From assembly GCA_020638905.1 (NCBI GenBank), contig JACKHP010000010.1:37449-101448 (forward strand): 64,000 nucleotides of DNA, given 5' to 3'. Position numbers and translations under genes: made by a program. Source of the stretch: Planctomycetota bacterium. Lineage in GTDB: Bacteria; Planctomycetota; B15-G4. Under the pieces are notes generated by a model. It did not search any database. It was not told where the DNA came from and saw nothing but the letters and a program-made list of their open reading frames with translations. Below, one piece after another: positions 26,061 to 38,211 of this stretch (position 1 is the first letter of the stretch; every line of letters starts with the position of its first letter).

Positions 26061-28982
26061 GTGAATCGTCTTCGGCTCCGGGCCGGGGCCTGCCGAAAGA
26101 ACCGGATCGACCGATCCGCCCGGGTTCCGCGAGGCAGGCCCTTGTCCGACGACGACTTCCAGAAGCCGAGCAACGTCACGCCCAAACTGCTGGGCGCGGC
26201 CATCGCCTTCCTCGGGGGCGTGGTCGCGATCTCGTGGTACCTCAACAAGCTCGAGCTCGTGACCGTCCCGACCCAATGGGTCTCGATGCAGTACAACACC
26301 GCCGTCGGCTTCGTGCTGGTCGGACTCGCGGTGGTGGCCCACTGCGTCGGACGCAAGCGCTTCGCCTTCCTGTGCGGCGCGCTCGCCGCCGGCATCGGCA
26401 GCGTGGCCCTCGCCGAACAACTCCTGGGGCGCGAGCTGCACATCGTCGACGCGCTGTTCCTCGACGGCAGCGGGTCGTTCCAGTTCGACATGGCGCCCAA
26501 CACGGCGCTGTGCTTCGCGGTGGCGGGATGCCTGATCCTCGTCTACCGCGCGCCGCGCTCGCGGCGACGTTGGCGCGAGATGGCGTCGGGCGTCCTGGCC
26601 GCGATGCTCACCGCCGCGGGCTTCGTGGGACTGCTCAACTTCGTCCTCAACGACGGCGTGGAGACGGGCTTCGCGCGCTTCACGCAGATGGAACTGCACA
26701 CCGCGCTGGCGTTCCTCGGACTGGGCGTGGCGTTCTTCGTGATGATCGGCCACTTCGGCACCGACAGCATGCAGCGCAAGCTGCCCGCCTGGTCGCCTTG
26801 GGCCGCGGGACTCGGCGTGGGCGCGCTCGTGCTGGCCGTCTGGCTCGGGCTCACGTCGTCCGACCAGCGCCTGCGGCAGATGTCGACCACCAAGACGCAC
26901 GAGGCGGCCGTCACCCATGCGAACCAGCTGCTCCAGAACCACCTGCACGAGGTCGACAAGCTGGCGCGTCTCGTCGCGCACTCGCTGAACGGCCCGGAGG
27001 CCGACCTGCGCGCCGACGTCGAGGTGTTCACGAGCGGCATGCCGGGACTGGTCGGCATGGCCCACGTCGAGTGCGACGGTTCGATCGGCTACACCACGGA
27101 TGCGGGCCCCGACTGGGCGCGCCAGGTGCTCGCGCTGGCCGACGTCCAGGACGCGCTCGCACGCAGCCGCAGCGAGGGCGGCACGGCGGTGGCCGGACCG
27201 ATCACCACCGGCGACTTCCCGCAGTCGCTGTTCGTGGTCGTCCCGGTCGTCTGGCAGGGCGAACCGCGCGGTGAGCTCGTGTTCCAGGACGCGGTCCAGC
27301 CGTTCTTCGACGCGATCTTCGCCGAAGGCGTCGGGCGCACGTTCGACGTCGAGCTGTTCGACCAGGACAACCGCTCGTTCTACCGCTCCTACGACGTGTA
27401 CTGGGCGCCCACGCGCCACGTCTCGAGCCTGGTCGCGCACACCGAGCGCGCCACCGGCAAGGTCGCGTTCGGCGACCGCATCTGGACCATCCGCGGCGCG
27501 GTCGGCGCTCCCTGGATGCCCGGCGCGCGCAGCGCCGGCAACACGCTCATCCTCTGGATCGGCCTGTTCCTGGCGGTCTCGATCGCCTTCGCGGTGCGCA
27601 AGTCGGAGCTGCTGCGCGAACGGGCGTACTCGCTGGCGGACGCGAACTCGACCATCGAGAAGGGCGTCGTGAACCTGCAGGAGGCCAACGCGCGCCTCGA
27701 CGAACGCCGCCGCGACCTGGAGGCGGCCGAGGAGCGCCTGCGCCGTGCGGTGCGCGAGAAGCGTCGCATCCTCGACTCGCTCTCGGCCTTCCTGGTGGGC
27801 GTCGACGGCGACGGGGTCGTGACCGAGTGGAACTTCAACTCGAGCGAGCTGTTCGGGCTCTCGAGCGGCGCGGCGCTGGGTCGTCCGTTCGAGGATCTCG
27901 AGCTGCCCTGGGACCGCATCGACGTGCTCGACGCGGTGTCCGAGTGCCTCGCATCCGGGCAGCGCATCAAGCGCGACAACTTCACGGTGACGGGCGAGAC
28001 CGAGAACGACTCGCGCGTCGTCAGCTTCACCGTGAATCCAGCCCAGGACGGCGACAGCCGCCGCGGCTTCTCGATCATCGGCGCCGACGTCACCGAGCGC
28101 AACATGCTCGAGATCCAGCTGCACCAGGCCCAGAAACTCGAGTCGGTCGGCACGCTCGCCGCGGGCATCGCGCACGAGATCAACACGCCGATGCAGTTCG
28201 TGAGCGACAACGTGCGCTTCCTGTCGCAGCAGGTCGAGTCGATCACCGACCTGCTCAAGATGCAGGCCGAGCTGCTCGCCCGGCTCGACGAGGCCGGGGT
28301 CGACGACGAGCGCGTGCGCGCCGCACGGCTGCTGGTCGACTCGATGGACGTCGACTTCGTCGCCGACGAGATGCCGCTCGCGATCAACGAGACGCTCGAG
28401 GGCGTCGAGCGCGTCACGACGATCGTGAAGGCCATGAAGGACTTCAGCCACCCCGGCGACCAGTCGGTGGCCGCGTCCGACCTGAACAAGGCCATCGAGA
28501 CGACGCTGCAGGTGGCGCGCAACGAGTACAAGTACATCGTCGACGTGACCACCGACTTCGGCGACCTGCCGATGGTCGAGTGCTGGGTCGGGGACCTGAA
28601 CCAGGTCTTCCTGAACCTGCTCGTGAACGGCACGCACGCCATCCGCGAGAAGCTGGGCGACAACAGCACCGAGAAGGGGACGATCGCCATCAGCACGCGC
28701 GTCGACGGCGAGTGCGTCGAGATCAGGTTCACCGACTCCGGCACGGGCATCCCCGAGGAGGCCCGCGCGCACGTCTTCGAACAGTTCTACACCACCAAGG
28801 AGATCGGTCGCGGGACCGGCCTCGGGCTCGCCATCGCGCGCGCCGTGGTGGTCGACAAGCACGGCGGAGATCTCCGGTTCGAGACCGAGATGGACGTGGG
28901 CACGACCTTCATCGTGCGCGTCCCCGTGCGCCAGAAGCCCGCCGAGGCGACGATCGATGACACGTGTCCTCTTCGTGGATGA
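26061..28982 (+). CDS. sensor histidine kinase with N-terminal 7-TM domain, extracytoplasmic/linker domain, 8th TM, PAS, HisKA and HATPase_c
   Basis: Seven hydrophobic helices in first ~270 aa, TM LILWIGLFLAVSIAFAV, coiled coil, PAS-like segment, H-box GIAHEINTPMQFV, N/G1/G2 boxes (LLVNGTHAI, DSGTGIP, GTGLGLAIAR). Confidence 0.85.
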   Translation: MNRLRLRAGACRKNRIDRSARVPRGRPLSDDDFQKPSNVTPKLLGAAIAFLGGVVAISWYLNKLELVTVPTQWVSMQYNTAVGFVLVGLAVVAHCVGRKRFAFLCGALAAGIGSVALAEQLLGRELHIVDALFLDGSGSFQFDMAPNTALCFAVAGCLILVYRAPRSRRRWREMASGVLAAMLTAAGFVGLLNFVLNDGVETGFARFTQMELHTALAFLGLGVAFFVMIGHFGTDSMQRKLPAWSPWAAGLGVGALVLAVWLGLTSSDQRLRQMSTTKTHEAAVTHANQLLQNHLHEVDKLARLVAHSLNGPEADLRADVEVFTSGMPGLVGMAHVECDGSIGYTTDAGPDWARQVLALADVQDALARSRSEGGTAVAGPITTGDFPQSLFVVVPVVWQGEPRGELVFQDAVQPFFDAIFAEGVGRTFDVELFDQDNRSFYRSYDVYWAPTRHVSSLVAHTERATGKVAFGDRIWTIRGAVGAPWMPGARSAGNTLILWIGLFLAVSIAFAVRKSELLRERAYSLADANSTIEKGVVNLQEANARLDERRRDLEAAEERLRRAVREKRRILDSLSAFLVGVDGDGVVTEWNFNSSELFGLSSGAALGRPFEDLELPWDRIDVLDAVSECLASGQRIKRDNFTVTGETENDSRVVSFTVNPAQDGDSRRGFSIIGADVTERNMLEIQLHQAQKLESVGTLAAGIAHEINTPMQFVSDNVRFLSQQVESITDLLKMQAELLARLDEAGVDDERVRAARLLVDSMDVDFVADEMPLAINETLEGVERVTTIVKAMKDFSHPGDQSVAASDLNKAIETTLQVARNEYKYIVDVTTDFGDLPMVECWVGDLNQVFLNLLVNGTHAIREKLGDNSTEKGTIAISTRVDGECVEIRFTDSGTGIPEEARAHVFEQFYTTKEIGRGTGLGLAIARAVVVDKHGGDLRFETEMDVGTTFIVRVPVRQKPAEATIDDTCPLRG

Positions 28983-30012
28983 CGACACCCGCGTCCTGAG
29001 CGGGTTGCGACGCCAGCTGCACGACCGACGCGAGGCCTGGGAGATGGTCTTCGCGCCGGGCGGGCCCGAGGCGCTCGCGCTGGTCGGCGCCGAGACGTTC
29101 GACGCCGTCGTGACCGACATGAAGATGCCCGTGATCGACGGCGCCAAGGTGCTCGTGCAGGTCGTCGAGCGCCAGCCTTCCGCGTTGCGCATCGTGCTCT
29201 CGGGAGAGGCCGATCCCGAGCGCCGCGTCGACGCCGCGAGCTGCGCCCACCGCTACCTCGTCAAGCCGTGCGCGCCCGAGACGCTCAAGCTCGAGATCGA
29301 GCAGGGACTCGCGATGCGCGCGCGCGTCGAGGCGCTGCAGGACGCGCGTCTCGTCAGCCTGTGGCGGCGTCCGCCGTTCTCGACCGCCGGGGGGCGTGAT
29401 CTCCTCGCGGCGATGCAGTCCGAGGCGACGCAGCTCCCGCAGGGTCTGGCCGAGAGCCTGGACGCCGACGACACGCTCTGGCGCCGGGTGCGCCAGGCGC
29501 TCTCGGCGGCGTGGGTCGACGAGGTCACGCTGCGCTCGACGCCCGACGAGCTGGCGTCGGCGGTGGGCGCGCGCACCGTGCTCGGTACCGCGATGGCCGC
29601 GCGGGTGCTCGAGCTGGTCGACCTCGGCGACGGCGGAGGCTGGACGTCCGCGCTGCCCGTGGCCGTCTCCGCGCGCAAGCTCGCGCGGGAGCACGGTCTG
29701 CCGGGCGATGCGGCCGCCGAGGCCTTCCTGGGAGGCTTGTTGCACGCGGTCTGCGCCGGCGAGTCCCGCGACGACACGTGGGCCGTGCTCGCGTACGTCC
29801 TGCCGTGCTGGGGCTTCCCGCGGCGCGTGGTCGACGCCGCCACGGCCTGCCCCGACGCCTGGGCGACGTGCGGCGAGGGACATCCCCTGGCCGCGGTGCT
29901 GGCGGCGCGGCTGTTGGTGGGTGACTCGCGCGCCCCCGAACTCGTCGCCGCGCTCTCGGAGCTGGGATGGTCCGAGCGCGTCTCGGCCTGGAAGCACATC
30001 GATCGAAACTGA
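28957..30012 (+). CDS. response regulator, receiver domain fused to HDOD domain
   Basis: REC motifs VLFVDDD...DAVVTDMKMP...LVKP; C-terminal ~200 aa HDOD-like; overlaps kinase gene by 26 nt. Confidence 0.75.
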   Translation: MTRVLFVDDDTRVLSGLRRQLHDRREAWEMVFAPGGPEALALVGAETFDAVVTDMKMPVIDGAKVLVQVVERQPSALRIVLSGEADPERRVDAASCAHRYLVKPCAPETLKLEIEQGLAMRARVEALQDARLVSLWRRPPFSTAGGRDLLAAMQSEATQLPQGLAESLDADDTLWRRVRQALSAAWVDEVTLRSTPDELASAVGARTVLGTAMAARVLELVDLGDGGGWTSALPVAVSARKLAREHGLPGDAAAEAFLGGLLHAVCAGESRDDTWAVLAYVLPCWGFPRRVVDAATACPDAWATCGEGHPLAAVLAARLLVGDSRAPELVAALSELGWSERVSAWKHIDRN

Positions 30013-30123
30013 CCGGACGTTCCCGTGCGATCGGACGCAGATGGGCTGGAGTCGCCCCCGCGGACGGTCGATAGAGCAGGGTCACCGGGGCCGGACGCGC
30101 CCCGAGCCCGGAGGAGGCAAGCG

Positions 30124-30792
30124 ATGCGGCACAAGCTCCTGATCGTCGACGACGAGCCCATGATCTACCACGCGCTGCGTCGTGGTCTGCACCGCGAGGC
30201 AGAGTGGGAGACCATGTACGCCGCTGGCGCGGAGGCCGCGCTCGAGATCCTCGAGACCGAGGCGATCGACATCGTGATCTGCGACGAGAACATGCCGGGC
30301 ATGAACGGCAGCCAGCTGCTCGGACTCGTGCGCCAGCGTTGGCCCGACGTGATCAGGATGATGCTCACCGGCGACGCGCGCGTCGACGTGGTCATGAAGG
30401 CCATCAACAACGGCGAGATCTACCGCTTCTTCACCAAGCCGTGCAACGAGGCCGAGCTGATCGTGGCCCTGCGCGACGCGCTGCAGATGAAGAAGCTGAA
30501 GTCCGAGAGCCGGCGCCTGCTCGACATGGTCAAGAGCCAGGCCGCCCGCATCCGCATGCTCGAGGGCAAGGGCGGACCGCTGACCGACACGCAGGACGCG
30601 GTCCCCGCGGCGCCCGTCGCCGTGGGGCAGCGCAGCATGTCGCTGGACGAGATCACCGGCCGCGCCCCGTCCCCGGGGGCAGAACCGGCGCCGGCGCGCG
30701 GAAACGGCGTGATCGACCTGAACGGCGGCGTCGACGACGTCGACTCGCTGCTCGACGAGATCCGCTCCGAGCTGGACAACATCGCCCGCTGA
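30124..30792 (+). CDS. single-domain response regulator (REC) with low-complexity C-terminal tail
   Basis: ATG with GGAGGAGG SD upstream; LLIVDDE...DIVICDENMPGMNG...FFTKP receiver signature. Confidence 0.8.
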   Translation: MRHKLLIVDDEPMIYHALRRGLHREAEWETMYAAGAEAALEILETEAIDIVICDENMPGMNGSQLLGLVRQRWPDVIRMMLTGDARVDVVMKAINNGEIYRFFTKPCNEAELIVALRDALQMKKLKSESRRLLDMVKSQAARIRMLEGKGGPLTDTQDAVPAAPVAVGQRSMSLDEITGRAPSPGAEPAPARGNGVIDLNGGVDDVDSLLDEIRSELDNIAR

Positions 30793-30890
30793 GCGGCGGG
30801 CGGGCCGCCGCGCGTCTCCGACGCGCCGGCGGTGGATCGCCGCGAGAAGTTCGGGCTAGACTCGCGGGCTCCCGTCCAGGAGCCCGCAAG

Positions 30891-31937
30891 ATGCCGCACG
30901 CAGAGCACGTTCCGCGCGTCCCGGCGACGTGCGTCCTGTTCGTGCTGGCGGCGCTCGCGCTGTTCGGCGGCGCGCCGTCCGCGCGGGCCGGCGAGACCGG
31001 TCCCGTGCTGGTCGTCACGCCGGAGCACCTGCACCTCGGCGAGGTGTACTGGGGCTCCAGCGGACGCGGCGAGATCGTGCTCGAGAACGCGGGCGACGAG
31101 ACGCTCGTGATCGACCAGATCAGGAGCAGCTGCGGTTGCACGGTGGCCCCGCTGGCCGAGGACAGCCGGCGCCTCGAGCCGGGCGCGAAGGTGACCGTCC
31201 CGGTGATCATGACGCCCAAGGGCCCGGCCACGCCGCTGCACAAGACCCTGCACGTGGTCAGCAACGACCACCGGCACCCGGACGTCCCGGTCGAGGTCGA
31301 GTGCGACGTCAAGGTCGGCGTCGAGACGGTGCCCGGATACGTGCTGTTCCGCGACCTCGAGCTGGGCCAGGTGGCCGAGACGGACCTGAAGGTCGTCTCG
31401 CGCGACGGCGAGCCGTTCGCGATCGTCTCGGCGACCGTCAACGGCGACCTGTACGCGTTGACCTTCGAGACGGGGACCGAGGCGCTCGAGCACGTGATCC
31501 ACGTCCGGGCGGGGCCCATCGAGCGGCGCATCAACCCGTCCTGCCTGTTGACCGTGACGACCACGCACTCGCGCACGCCGACGCTCACGATCAACTGCAA
31601 CTCGATGACCGCGCCGGCACTCGTGACCGACCCGCGCTACCTGCTGCTGGGCGACGTCCCGGCCGGCGGCGAGCGCGAGATCACGGTCGAGGTGCGGCGT
31701 CCGCACGACCCGACGCCGTTCGAGTCGCTCGAGATCGTGCCCTTCAACATGCCCGAGCTGGTCGTCCGCACCCGACGCGACGAGGCGAACCCGCTGCTCT
31801 GGCACGTGGCCGTGACCGCGCCGACCGCACGCGCGGGCCAGAACCTGAACACCCCCGTGCGCCTCGTCACCGAGCTGGGCGAGGATGCCGCACTGACCAT
31901 GCTGCTCGGACTGCGCGTGACCCCGGAGAAGCCGTGA
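30891..31937 (+). CDS. DUF1573 domain-containing secreted protein (tandem Ig-like domains)
   Basis: Signal peptide, GEVYWGSSGRGEIVLENAGDETLVIDQIRSSCGCT DUF1573 signature, second similar domain. Confidence 0.7.
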   Translation: MPHAEHVPRVPATCVLFVLAALALFGGAPSARAGETGPVLVVTPEHLHLGEVYWGSSGRGEIVLENAGDETLVIDQIRSSCGCTVAPLAEDSRRLEPGAKVTVPVIMTPKGPATPLHKTLHVVSNDHRHPDVPVEVECDVKVGVETVPGYVLFRDLELGQVAETDLKVVSRDGEPFAIVSATVNGDLYALTFETGTEALEHVIHVRAGPIERRINPSCLLTVTTTHSRTPTLTINCNSMTAPALVTDPRYLLLGDVPAGGEREITVEVRRPHDPTPFESLEIVPFNMPELVVRTRRDEANPLLWHVAVTAPTARAGQNLNTPVRLVTELGEDAALTMLLGLRVTPEKP

Positions 31938-32431
31938 TGAGTGGGAAGTCCCTTGCCGTGATCGGATCCGTGCTGCTCGTCGCGGTGGCGTGCTCGTCCC
32001 CGGGTGCGGCGACCCCCGCGCCGGACGCCGCCGACGCGCCCGTCGCGGACGGCGCTGCGTCCGACGCCCCGGCCACGGCCGAGGCCGAGAGCGTGACCAA
32101 GGGCTGGCGCGAGAAGACCGTCGAGGGACTGATCGTGCGCTGGCGTCCGCTGCCCGACCCGATCCCTCTCAACAAGCTCTTCAACCTCGACATCGAGCTC
32201 GCGAACCCCACCGGCGGCCCGGTCGACGGGGTCACGCAGATGCGCGTCGACGCCAAGATGCCGGCCCACGGTCACGGCATGACGCGTCAGGCCCAGACCA
32301 TCATGGACGGCAGCGAACGCGCCCACGCGGTGGGCCTGCTGTTCCACATGGTGGGCGAGTGGGAGGTCTCGGTCGACGTGTACCGCGACCAGCACTGGAT
32401 CTCCGCCAAGTGGACCGAGACCCTCGAGTGA
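31937..32431 (+). CDS. lipoprotein with Met/His-rich motif (possible metal-binding, YtkA/FixH-like)
   Basis: ATGA-coupled to DUF1573 gene; lipobox LLVAVAC; motif AKMPAHGHGMTRQAQTIM. Confidence 0.5.
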   Translation: MSGKSLAVIGSVLLVAVACSSPGAATPAPDAADAPVADGAASDAPATAEAESVTKGWREKTVEGLIVRWRPLPDPIPLNKLFNLDIELANPTGGPVDGVTQMRVDAKMPAHGHGMTRQAQTIMDGSERAHAVGLLFHMVGEWEVSVDVYRDQHWISAKWTETLE

Positions 32432-32433
32432 GC

Positions 32434-34764
32434 ATGGCGGACGGCGCGCGCGACGGGCGCGCGCCGTCGTCCCGTGACCGGGGGGCGCGCGTCCCCCGGA
32501 GCGGGAGCGCCGCTGGCCTCGCCGTCGCGGGACTGGTCGCGCTCGCGCTGCTTTCGCCGAACGCCTGCCGCGCCCCGCTCGACGGTGCCGCGTCCGACCT
32601 GGCGCAGGCGCCCGACGCCGACACGTCGGCGCGCGGCGCCGTCGAGGCTCGGGCGGCCGGGCCGCCGTGGGTCGTGGCGCTCACGCCACTCGAGCGCAAG
32701 CGCATCCTGCGCATGTCCCCGCTCGGGGATCCGCCGCCCGACCCCACGAACGCGGTGGCCGACGACCCGCGGGCGGCGCGTCTCGGGCAGGCGCTGTTCT
32801 TCGACCCGCGGCTGTCCGACGACGGCTCGGTGGCGTGCGTGAGCTGCCACGATCCGCAGAAGGGCTGGGCCGACGGACGCCGCCTCGCGCGCGGACTGGC
32901 CGACGCGTCCTTCCACGCCCCCACGCTGTGGAACGCGGCGTACCAGCGCTGGTACTTCTGGGACGGTCGGGCCGACTCGCTCTGGGCGCAGGCCCTCGGC
33001 CCGCTCGAGAACCCCAAGGAGCACGGCGCCGACCGCTCCCTCGTGGCGCACGTCCTGCACGACGACCCGCGCCTCGCGGCGGCGTACGAGGAGGTCTTCG
33101 GCGCGCTGCCCGAACTCGACGACGCGGCGCGCTTCCCGGCGCGCGCCCGTCCGGTGCCGGGCGAGCCGTCGAATCCGCAGCAGCTCGCGTGGGACGCGAT
33201 GCATCCCAGCGACCGCGACGACGTGAACCGCGTGTTCGCCAACGTGGGCAAGTCGCTCGAGGCCTTCGAGCGCCGGATCGTCTCGAGGCACGCACCGATC
33301 GACACGTTCGTCGAGGGACTGCGCACGGGCGACGCGTCCGAGCTGGCCGCGCTCGACGAGTCGGCCGTACGCGGCGCGCAGCTCTTCGTGGGACGCGGCA
33401 ACTGCCACGTGTGCCACGGCGGCGCGACGTTCTCCGACCTCGAGTTCCACGACATCCGGCTGCCGCTGGCGGGAGCACCGTCGGTGGGCGACCCGGGACG
33501 ACTGGGCGCGTACCGCAAGCTGCGCGGCGACCCGTTCGCCGGCGGCGGGGCGTACAGCGACGATCCCGAGACCGGCGACGACAAGGTGGCGCGCCTGCTT
33601 CCGTCGGAGGAGGCCTACGGCGCCTTCAAGACGCCTTCGCTGCGCAACGTGGCGGCCACCGCGCCGTACATGCACCGGGGCCACTTCGCCACGCTCGACG
33701 ACGTGCTCGACCACTACTCGACCCTGGCCCGCGGCGGCACGCCCGTCGGACACCACACCGAGCCGCGCAGGAGCGAGAGCATCCTCGTGCCGTTGCACCT
33801 CACGGCGCAGGAGCACGACGATCTGCGAGCGTTCCTCGAGTCGCTCACCGACACGGCCATCGACCCGGCGCTCACCCGTCCGCCGGCCGGACTGGAACCC
33901 CCGCCGCCGCGTCCGCGCTCACGGGCGCTCGACGACTTCCGCGCGATCTCGGCCGACGCGCTCGAGTCGCATCCGCTCGAGGAGCTGGCCGGGCTCGACC
34001 GCGTGCGCGGCTGGCGCCTGCGCGAGGACCTCGTGCGCGCCCTGGCCGATCCGGAGTCGACGCGCTTCAAGGAGCCGTTGTTCCTGCCGGGCGTCGAGGC
34101 GTTGCTGCCGCGCGAGGCCGCCGAGCTCGCGCGCTACGACGGTGGACGCCTGTTCCTGCGCGACCTGCGTGCGCTCGACCTCGAGACCGCGCGACAGCTC
34201 GTCGGATTCCGTCCAGGGGGCGAACTGTTCCTCGACGGACTCGCGACGCTCGACCTCGATGTCGCCCGCGTGCTCGCCGCGTGGAAGGGCGACCGGCTCT
34301 CGCTCGGCGGACTGACGTCGCTGTCGCCCGACCTGGCGCAGGTGCTGGCGGTCTTCGGCGGCGGACTCGAGCTCGACGGTGTGCGTGGGCTCGACGACGA
34401 GACCGCGCGCGCCCTGTCCGCGTGGCGCTCGCCCGGGCCCGGACGCATGCTCTCGCTCGACGGCGTGCGCGGGCTCGCGCCGGAGGTCGTGGCGACGCTC
34501 GCGGCCGTCGACGGCTGGGGGCTCAGCCTGGGCGGGCTCGAGACCCTCGACGCGCCGCTGGCCGAGGCGCTGCGGGGCGCGCACGTCACGCTGCTGCGCC
34601 TCGACGGCGTGCGCTCGCTGTCGTCCGACGCGGTCGAGCCCATGACGCACTGGACGGCGCGCTTCGTCGAGCTGCGCGCGCTGCGCGAGGCCGACGCCGA
34701 CACGCGCGCCCGGCTCGAGGCCGCGCCGCCCGTCTTCAGCCTCGATCCGCCGCCGGGCGCCTGA
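32434..34764 (+). CDS. di-heme cytochrome c peroxidase (CCP/MauG family) with C-terminal LRR-like repeat domain
   Basis: Two CxxCH motifs (CVSCHD, CHVCHG), conserved CCP segments (FFDPRLS, AFKTPSLRNVAATAPYMHRGHFATL); C-terminal ~210 aa of ~7 LxLxGLxxL..A..LA repeats. Confidence 0.8.
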   Translation: MADGARDGRAPSSRDRGARVPRSGSAAGLAVAGLVALALLSPNACRAPLDGAASDLAQAPDADTSARGAVEARAAGPPWVVALTPLERKRILRMSPLGDPPPDPTNAVADDPRAARLGQALFFDPRLSDDGSVACVSCHDPQKGWADGRRLARGLADASFHAPTLWNAAYQRWYFWDGRADSLWAQALGPLENPKEHGADRSLVAHVLHDDPRLAAAYEEVFGALPELDDAARFPARARPVPGEPSNPQQLAWDAMHPSDRDDVNRVFANVGKSLEAFERRIVSRHAPIDTFVEGLRTGDASELAALDESAVRGAQLFVGRGNCHVCHGGATFSDLEFHDIRLPLAGAPSVGDPGRLGAYRKLRGDPFAGGGAYSDDPETGDDKVARLLPSEEAYGAFKTPSLRNVAATAPYMHRGHFATLDDVLDHYSTLARGGTPVGHHTEPRRSESILVPLHLTAQEHDDLRAFLESLTDTAIDPALTRPPAGLEPPPPRPRSRALDDFRAISADALESHPLEELAGLDRVRGWRLREDLVRALADPESTRFKEPLFLPGVEALLPREAAELARYDGGRLFLRDLRALDLETARQLVGFRPGGELFLDGLATLDLDVARVLAAWKGDRLSLGGLTSLSPDLAQVLAVFGGGLELDGVRGLDDETARALSAWRSPGPGRMLSLDGVRGLAPEVVATLAAVDGWGLSLGGLETLDAPLAEALRGAHVTLLRLDGVRSLSSDAVEPMTHWTARFVELRALREADADTRARLEAAPPVFSLDPPPGA

Positions 34765-34785
34765 CGCGCCGACGGACGGCGCTCG

Positions 34786-38049
<3,264 letters not shown>

Positions 38050-38211
38050 GGTGGTGCTCCTTCGGGCGGGCGTCGCGCGCGCCCGTGGACGACGCGTGCA
38101 GGCAAATCCGGGACACCATACTCGATCGGCGCCACCGCGCCGCATGTCGGACGGGGTCGCGAGCCGGGTCCGGCGCCCGTCGAAGAGCCTGGCGCCCTCC
38201 GCCCGGCAGGG

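Noticed and set aside
25200-29192. 1330-aa minus-strand ORF antisense to pilO-like and the histidine kinase
   Set aside because: Low-complexity Arg/Gly/Val-rich translation. The plus strand carries a histidine kinase with all canonical boxes.
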